From positions 1 to 64,000 of the forward strand of contig NW_027191462.1 of NCBI RefSeq assembly GCF_011745625.1: a stretch of DNA of 64,000 nt, written 5' to 3'. A program made the position numbers and the translations under genes. Source of the DNA: Cladosporium halotolerans (lineage: Eukaryota). The notes beneath the pieces were generated by a model. That model saw nothing but the letters and a program-made list of their open reading frames with translations. It did not search any database and was not told the origin of the DNA. This document shows, piece by piece, positions 59,301 through 64,000 of the stretch. Each line of letters begins with the position of its first letter. The first letter of the stretch is position 1.

Positions 59301-60241
59301 TTAACACGTCTCAAGCTGCCTCGATCTGCTGCGCCTTGATGTTCAATGACACTGAGCGCTTGACCAGGACCGCACGTTGGTTCGCGACGCGTTCTGATCT
59401 GCGAGCGGGCTCCTCTTATCAGCTCATCTCGGCAGTGTCCCGTCTCGCCTACGGCGATAAGTCGTTCACCGCGGGACCAACACAGAAGTTTATGCTTCGC
59501 AGTGTCAAGACAATCGACTATCAAGCACTTCCAGTTAACATCAGGAAGCAGTACGATTTCGGTATGCCCCATAGTTCTCTCAAGCGTCGCGACAAGGCGG
59601 AATACGCCAATGACGGTCTCGATACCGGCGCGCTCTTGAATTATGGTCACATGGTTTCTGTGGCAAACCACTCTTCGTCCGCTCTTCCGTACTTCTTCCG
59701 CGCTCTTGCTCTAAGGCCCGAAGACCCTGGAATCAACCTGTCCATTGCATCGCAATACGTCGCTTCGGCGATGAAGCGACAGACTAACAATCGACACTAC
59801 GAAGTTCAACAAGGGCTCAGTTTCTTGTATCGCTACTACGATATTCGTACCAGCAGTGGCGTGCCTATCGAGACCCAAGAGGCAGAGTACAACGTTGCGC
59901 GCATGTGGCATGTCCTGGGCTTAACGTACCTCGCAATACCTGCGTATGACAAGGTCCTAGCGCTGAGCGAGAAGGTGCAGTTTGACATCTCCAGCAGAGC
60001 TTCAGAAAGGAGGGTGCGCCTCGAGGTGCTTGAGAGGAGTCTGCGCGATCGTCAAGAAGTAGGCGCCGCTCCGTCGCGGGAAGAAGAAGCGGAGATTGCG
60101 AAGATCAAAAGCGAGGAGGAATTCGGATTGAAGCAGGAAGATTACGCGACCGAGGCTGCTTATTCGCTGCAGGCGATTTACGTGGCAGTTGGGAACCAGC
60201 ATGCGGCAGCAAAGATCGCAGAGAGGTGGTTGGTGATATGA
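56333..60241 (+). CDS. TFC4: RNA polymerase III transcription factor TFIIIC TPR subunit (Tfc4/Sfc4)
   Basis: ATG 56333. TPR arrays, ELKRLARWLLGRQED.YWD...DDREFD, LPLDLRVKLG, MKRQTNNRHY.VQQGLSFLYRY, QEAEYNVAR, EAAYSLQ.IY...WLVI C-terminus. Confidence 0.92.
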   Translation: MADRMGAGDPNEYPDPHTSALNPYPELSQPTWSPYGQSQIPGDEDLAVTGGAEGSQLYPDLDESQTPDPYGASNEYTRLAEQFHMQHGDPGQRQRQSYHFPGAAIEYESDIDADREGRPAENPYYDTELIRRAQEVDGGDYVPTEDDNEDEDDDDDSDDDDPEFDASFADALALTENDMALGEVTKPTRGRPRGRPRGSGRGRGRGRGWKWALKGTEHDPKARKDGEKRRGRPGGPRVGPGARKSKKRQRAEDPGPEFKKLQAQATEAFLSGQLDKAMDLARQAVMTNPEIYVAHSLLSDILIAKGHHKDALGALMTGANIKKDPDLWLLLANRTLDMAGDFRTRAEYDQAVFCLSKAIHYSHGEDNYELRTQRRDLHLDSHHDVRARMDTKQLLRAKPDDLDNLKLYAELCLDSKDHFEMNAGQEVYLETFKLFSDKDTFGDSEEQWIHLNLYLELVDRTKEPAYAVFELKRLARWLLGRQEDDYWDGVTEDDREFDSEHERRLDVAEFRNGSHVDPETYGDGLPLDLRVKLGAFRLKMKDQDEALRHFDHIYELRDDIGGVYDLFYTIGDTLRKASLFDHAIRFYKPVEALEEELTDEYWISLAACYRGLQEFEEAENCYRAVMELEPNHAPARAELAKMLADDMNEKERAMTIIRDLIAMGRKDIIRKERLEMPPVNPRESARKERANEIKRKRAPIDLVPVPEIDEALERKRLKQREAVKLREMRRRATQPNQDDGAEPQSDDEADESFVPAGNGSYNAFQAVFNDDGQQPPSNNASNRETAEQREEQTAENAPRNRAFAEILKKEEDRERFFEQQSERILTCFAKVQELWHVLDEENAAEEDVFDWMDNARLMYREFRTMRVFYPIRDRYKPFKGFAPVRIRNRASKFIRELEAFQKRLEEDGVQPEANDSDSDHGGENSKAKAPPPLDISTPTDFHGINFPTWHRIFVDLALLDAKQSDQESCYEIIENGLFNSNVFYHNQDLLNTSQAASICCALMFNDTERLTRTARWFATRSDLRAGSSYQLISAVSRLAYGDKSFTAGPTQKFMLRSVKTIDYQALPVNIRKQYDFGMPHSSLKRRDKAEYANDGLDTGALLNYGHMVSVANHSSSALPYFFRALALRPEDPGINLSIASQYVASAMKRQTNNRHYEVQQGLSFLYRYYDIRTSSGVPIETQEAEYNVARMWHVLGLTYLAIPAYDKVLALSEKVQFDISSRASERRVRLEVLERSLRDRQEVGAAPSREEEAEIAKIKSEEEFGLKQEDYATEAAYSLQAIYVAVGNQHAAAKIAERWLVI

Positions 60242-60709
60242 AGGTTAACTGTAATAATTTGGTGTTGATGCCACACTTGTGAATGGTTTGTTTGATGGTT
60301 CGAGATGTTGGTGGCTGTGAAAAGTCCTGTCTATAGTATGATACCCTTTGTACGTTATTACGTCTATTTAATATTCTGATGACTCCATGTCTCCACTTGG
60401 CGTTTTCGAAACGAGAAAGTAGTCCTGGTCACCTACGGATACCGATGTTCTATAATCCTGTAAGTGAAGGCAGGCGTGGCCGCGTCTTGGCGTGGCTTCG
60501 CAACCCGCGAGGCAGGCATCCATCGACGCGATCTTCAACAACCAACATTCATCCGAGCCAAAGCGCACCACAAAATCAATCAACGGACCTGGGCCATCGT
60601 TCGGAACATCAGAAGTGTCAGATAACATGACTGTCGCCCTGTAGAGCCACTTGCCACCCACTACATTCGCCACCCGCACACTCCAACACAACCACCAACC
60701 GCATTAAAC

Positions 60710-62215
60710 ATGCCCCTCGGCATCACGCGCTTGAACGAGCGCACCCAGCGCCCCAACCCGCTCATAAACTTCATCAAGGCGCCCGACCAGGCCTCCGTCG
60801 ATTTCCTCAACCGCATCGCCGCGCAATGCTACCCCATCATGAAACAGCACCATCTCTCTGTCATGTCACTCGAAGCCTTCCCGCCCAACAACGAGTTCCT
60901 CGGGCGCAACTTTAACGCCGGCGAAGTCATTCAGCTAGTGCTGAAAGACAAGCAAGGCCGCTGGCTGGGGTTCAATTTCGTGCAGATGGTCATGATGCAC
61001 GAGCTGGCGCACTGCAAACAGATGAATCACTCTAAGTTCTTTTGGCAGGTCCGCAATGGGTTTGCGGGCGAGATGGAGGGACTTTGGGCGAAGAAGTACG
61101 TGGGTGAAGGAATGTGGGGTCGCGGGCAGGATCTGGTCACGGGGGCCTTTGTTAGGGAGAGGGACTTGGAGGCGGGCGATGTGCCTGAGCATTTGTGTGG
61201 TGGAACATTCAGGCGGAGGGGGAGAAAGCGCAAGCGTGGTGGTCAGCGTGATGGTGCGGATGCTGGACCAAAGCTGACTTATGCGGAAAGGCAGCAGAGA
61301 AGGATTGCGAGAAAGTTTGGCGTGCATGGAGAGGGCGCTGCGCTGGGGGACGACGAGCTGCTTCGTGGAGCGTACGAGCAAGCGTCTGGTAAAAGACACG
61401 CTGGAAAGCCGAGGGTGGCAAACAGCAAGCGAGGGAGAGAGCTACGAGCACAAGCGGCACTGGCCAGGTTTGACGCAGCGAAGACGGTGAAGCAGGAGCC
61501 GGAGGTGAAGGAAGAACCGGAACCGGAAGTAAAGCCAGAACCTGAAGACAGCGACACAGATTCAGACTGGGATGTTCCGGAATTCGGCCAAATTCCGAGT
61601 CGCGAAGCCGACATGGTGAAAGTATGTGGCGATGAAGACGAGGAAGACGATGATGCGCATAACGAGATGGATGAGTTGCGTAAGATGAGCCAGAAAAAGC
61701 CCTCACCTGGACGAGAAGAGCCTACACGCCCAGGTACCGAGCATACGGCAGCAAAAACAGAACACGAAGCGCCTGGCGTAGACGATTCGCCGGAGCCTGA
61801 AACCGAGAGCGACCCAGAAAACAACGTGCCTGGCTCTAAGATCGAGACAACGCGTGCAAAGCCGAATACCGATGCTACCCCGAATCAAGAAAAGGATGAG
61901 AGCCCAGACGACGCCATGACTACCGTGGAATCGCCAGGGACCTGCCCAATATGTTCCCTCTCAAACGATCCTTCGAGCCCTACATGCATGGCATGCTCTC
62001 ACGTACTGCAGCCGTCTCTTATGCCTGACCATTGGCGTTGTTCGAGCGAAGCCTGCAAAGGTGGCTCATACATCAATGCAGGTGACGCAGGACGATGCGG
62101 TGTATGCGGAGCGCAGAAACCCAAGAAGACTCTGCCACCTTCCAAGGGATCGAGCATGGGCAGGGGCTCCAAGCCTGTAGGGGTCATTGAGGGCGATGTT
62201 CTGAGGTGGGATTGA
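60710..62215 (+). CDS. WLM-domain (Wss1-like) zinc metalloprotease with C-terminal zinc fingers
   Basis: PIMKQH.LSV, FLGRNFNAGEVIQLVL, MMHELAHCKQMNHSKFFW (HExxH). CPICSLSN...CMAC and WRC...C...IN...CGVC fingers. Confidence 0.92.
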   Translation: MPLGITRLNERTQRPNPLINFIKAPDQASVDFLNRIAAQCYPIMKQHHLSVMSLEAFPPNNEFLGRNFNAGEVIQLVLKDKQGRWLGFNFVQMVMMHELAHCKQMNHSKFFWQVRNGFAGEMEGLWAKKYVGEGMWGRGQDLVTGAFVRERDLEAGDVPEHLCGGTFRRRGRKRKRGGQRDGADAGPKLTYAERQQRRIARKFGVHGEGAALGDDELLRGAYEQASGKRHAGKPRVANSKRGRELRAQAALARFDAAKTVKQEPEVKEEPEPEVKPEPEDSDTDSDWDVPEFGQIPSREADMVKVCGDEDEEDDDAHNEMDELRKMSQKKPSPGREEPTRPGTEHTAAKTEHEAPGVDDSPEPETESDPENNVPGSKIETTRAKPNTDATPNQEKDESPDDAMTTVESPGTCPICSLSNDPSSPTCMACSHVLQPSLMPDHWRCSSEACKGGSYINAGDAGRCGVCGAQKPKKTLPPSKGSSMGRGSKPVGVIEGDVLRWD

Positions 62216-62441
62216 GAACAGAAGGCCGGCATCATCTTGCTTTTCATTTACATTAGCTTAACGGCATGACACACCCCGAATGATTAGCTCATCTTTTACA
62301 AATGCGCAAAGAAGCAGTATCTACAGATTCCGATCGCCAGTACGCCGTTTCTCCATATCGCAGTAAACTCGATCATAGAACCATGACCATTTCCAATGCG
62401 CAACCGCAGACAGAATGCATGGTACACCAGCCACAGCAGCT

Positions 62442-63727
62442 TCAGTCAGCGCCTCCTGTGCTCTTGTTGAAAAGGTTCATTTGCCTCGAACTCCCTCTCT
62501 TCACAGCCCTCGCTGCCTCAGCTCCGACGATTGGCAGCTTCTTCACACCCTTCTTCTTCATGCCATCAGGCAGCGCAAGCTTCGGATTAAGCAGCCCAGC
62601 CTGGAAAAGTACACTCGCCTGATCCCAGTAGACGTGCTCACTCTCCAGCTTGCCTCCCCTAAGAGTAACAATTGAGATGACCACAATCTCAATCTGCCGA
62701 TTCGTAGGCGGGATCGACGGCAGAAGCCAGGGCATCTCGACCGAATGCGTAAAATTCATATACAGCTCGTCCACCACGCGGTCACCGGACGTCGTGCGAG
62801 AAAGCAGCGTCGTCTTGCCACCCTCAGGCAGCGGCTCGAATAGGTCGTCATAGAAATAGCGCATCGCTTGCGTGCCGGCGCCGCCGACGAGCGTGGGCGC
62901 GTTGATGACGTGCCCGAACGGCATCGTGCGCTGCATGACCTTGTCGGTCTGCACGTCGTCGACCAGGCCCACGATGTCGTCGCGCGCCATCTCCAAGTCC
63001 TCTTCGATCCGGAAGGCACGCTTGACCATGTTGAGGGAGCGCGAGAAGGCCAGGCGCTCGTTTACTGCGTCGTACTCGTCCACGTCGTGCTCCGCGAATC
63101 CAGGTGCGCAGGTCGGGTATGAGTAGGTTTTGAAGCCGATCTTTACGCAGCCGCCGTACCCGGCGCCGGGCTCGACGTTCTTGCGGATCGTCTTGGTCTT
63201 CTTGCTCTGGATGCCGAGGATTTCGGGATGGCGACGAACGCCGACCGTTGAGCCTGCCAGATGCACCATGACCCGCACTGAAGGCGGAAACTTGGTCGAT
63301 GGAGGTGGGATGGCAGTTGGGTAGTATGCGACGACAGCACATATTCTTGGTGTGCTGGGCTTCACATGTACTTCCAGCATCGCCGCAGCGGCTTCGTCGA
63401 AGGCTATGGCAAGAGTCAGAGTCTCCGTCTAACAACATGCAGTGCTTCCGGTGAATGGTAGCAAAGGTGAGTATTACCTACTACTGCATACTGCTCGCCA
63501 ACGCCCAGGCTATCTCCCGTCATGCGAATCCGTGTTGCATAGTCGTTCCCGCCGTTACCGAACGGTACGTAGACTACATTAAAGCCTTCGTCCCGCCATT
63601 GCTGGGTCACCTCGTCGGCGAAGTCCTCAGACTCTGCCGTTAAAATGACATGGGCTACTTTAGACTTGTTGAGGGAGTTGAAGAAAGATGGGTCTTGCTG
63701 ATTGAACCACGGAGTATTGAAAGACAT
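62442..63727 (-). CDS. Dienelactone-hydrolase-like / SnoaL (NTF2)-like two-domain protein
   Basis: Exons 63727-63478 and 63403-62442. VVAYYP, YSYP...GFAEHDVDEYD, HVINAPTLVGG, RVVDELY..FTH..EMPWLLP.IPPT, EHVYWDQASVLFQAGLL. Confidence 0.88.
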
Positions 63728-64000
63728 TATTGCAATAGTTGAGCTACAGTACTGTACAGTATCGAGGAAACGACGCTCGTGTACCCTCTCTCTGCGCCCG
63801 GTCCAATGCCCGCCAAAGAGTTGGCACGCATCGCTATGAAGATGATACGTCATCGCTGCAGCCTTCCCTTTACATACTAGCGGCGGGAATCACCGCGCGC
63901 TAGCGCATTTCCTTGCACAGCGACCGCCGCCGTCCGCCGTTCAGGCTGAGGCTGCTCCAGCTGAGTACAATCCAGACCGGCGGGTATATCGCAACATCGC

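Noticed and set aside
1..64000. Secondary-metabolite cluster, intact transposon or Starship, rRNA, or TGA-CTA peroxisomal readthrough
   Set aside because: No PKS, NRPS, terpene synthase, transposase, RT or tyrosine-recombinase motifs, no LTR/TIR pairs and no rRNA seen. The enzyme stop codons I checked lack the TGA-CTA context.

Overview
Eukaryotic, intron-containing fungal genomic DNA. Gene content, short GT-AG introns with CTRAC branch sites and intron-containing tRNAs indicate a filamentous ascomycete, probably a Dothideomycete (inference). The window holds about 23 protein-coding genes, mostly housekeeping or CAZyme: methylglutaconyl-CoA hydratase-like, RNase T2, HSP12-like, aldose 1-epimerase, Zn2Cys6 TF, GH18 chitinase, COG5, pectin lyase, SGS1/RecQ, PLP decarboxylase, LCB1, Whi5-like, metallopeptidase-jacalin, GGA, TSR3, ASPM-like, SmD1, TFC4, WLM/Wss1-like protease and a dienelactone-hydrolase/SnoaL-like protein. 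It also has two tRNA genes (Ser-UGA, Ala-AGC). The most interesting unannotated signal is a ~1.8 kb highly self-complementary stretch (~6860-8680, +) with no credible coding ORF. It carries a telomere-template motif (AACCCTAA) near its 5' end and an ATAAG 5'-splice-site-like motif at its 3' end, so it is a candidate telomerase RNA gene. Other oddities are a tandem array of B-box/T-arm-like motifs upstream of tRNA-Ser, a long structured chitinase intron (introner-like element or snoRNA host), decayed gene relics next to both tRNAs, and dual in-frame starts on two secreted enzymes. Exon boundaries were read by eye; no database searches or folding programs were run.
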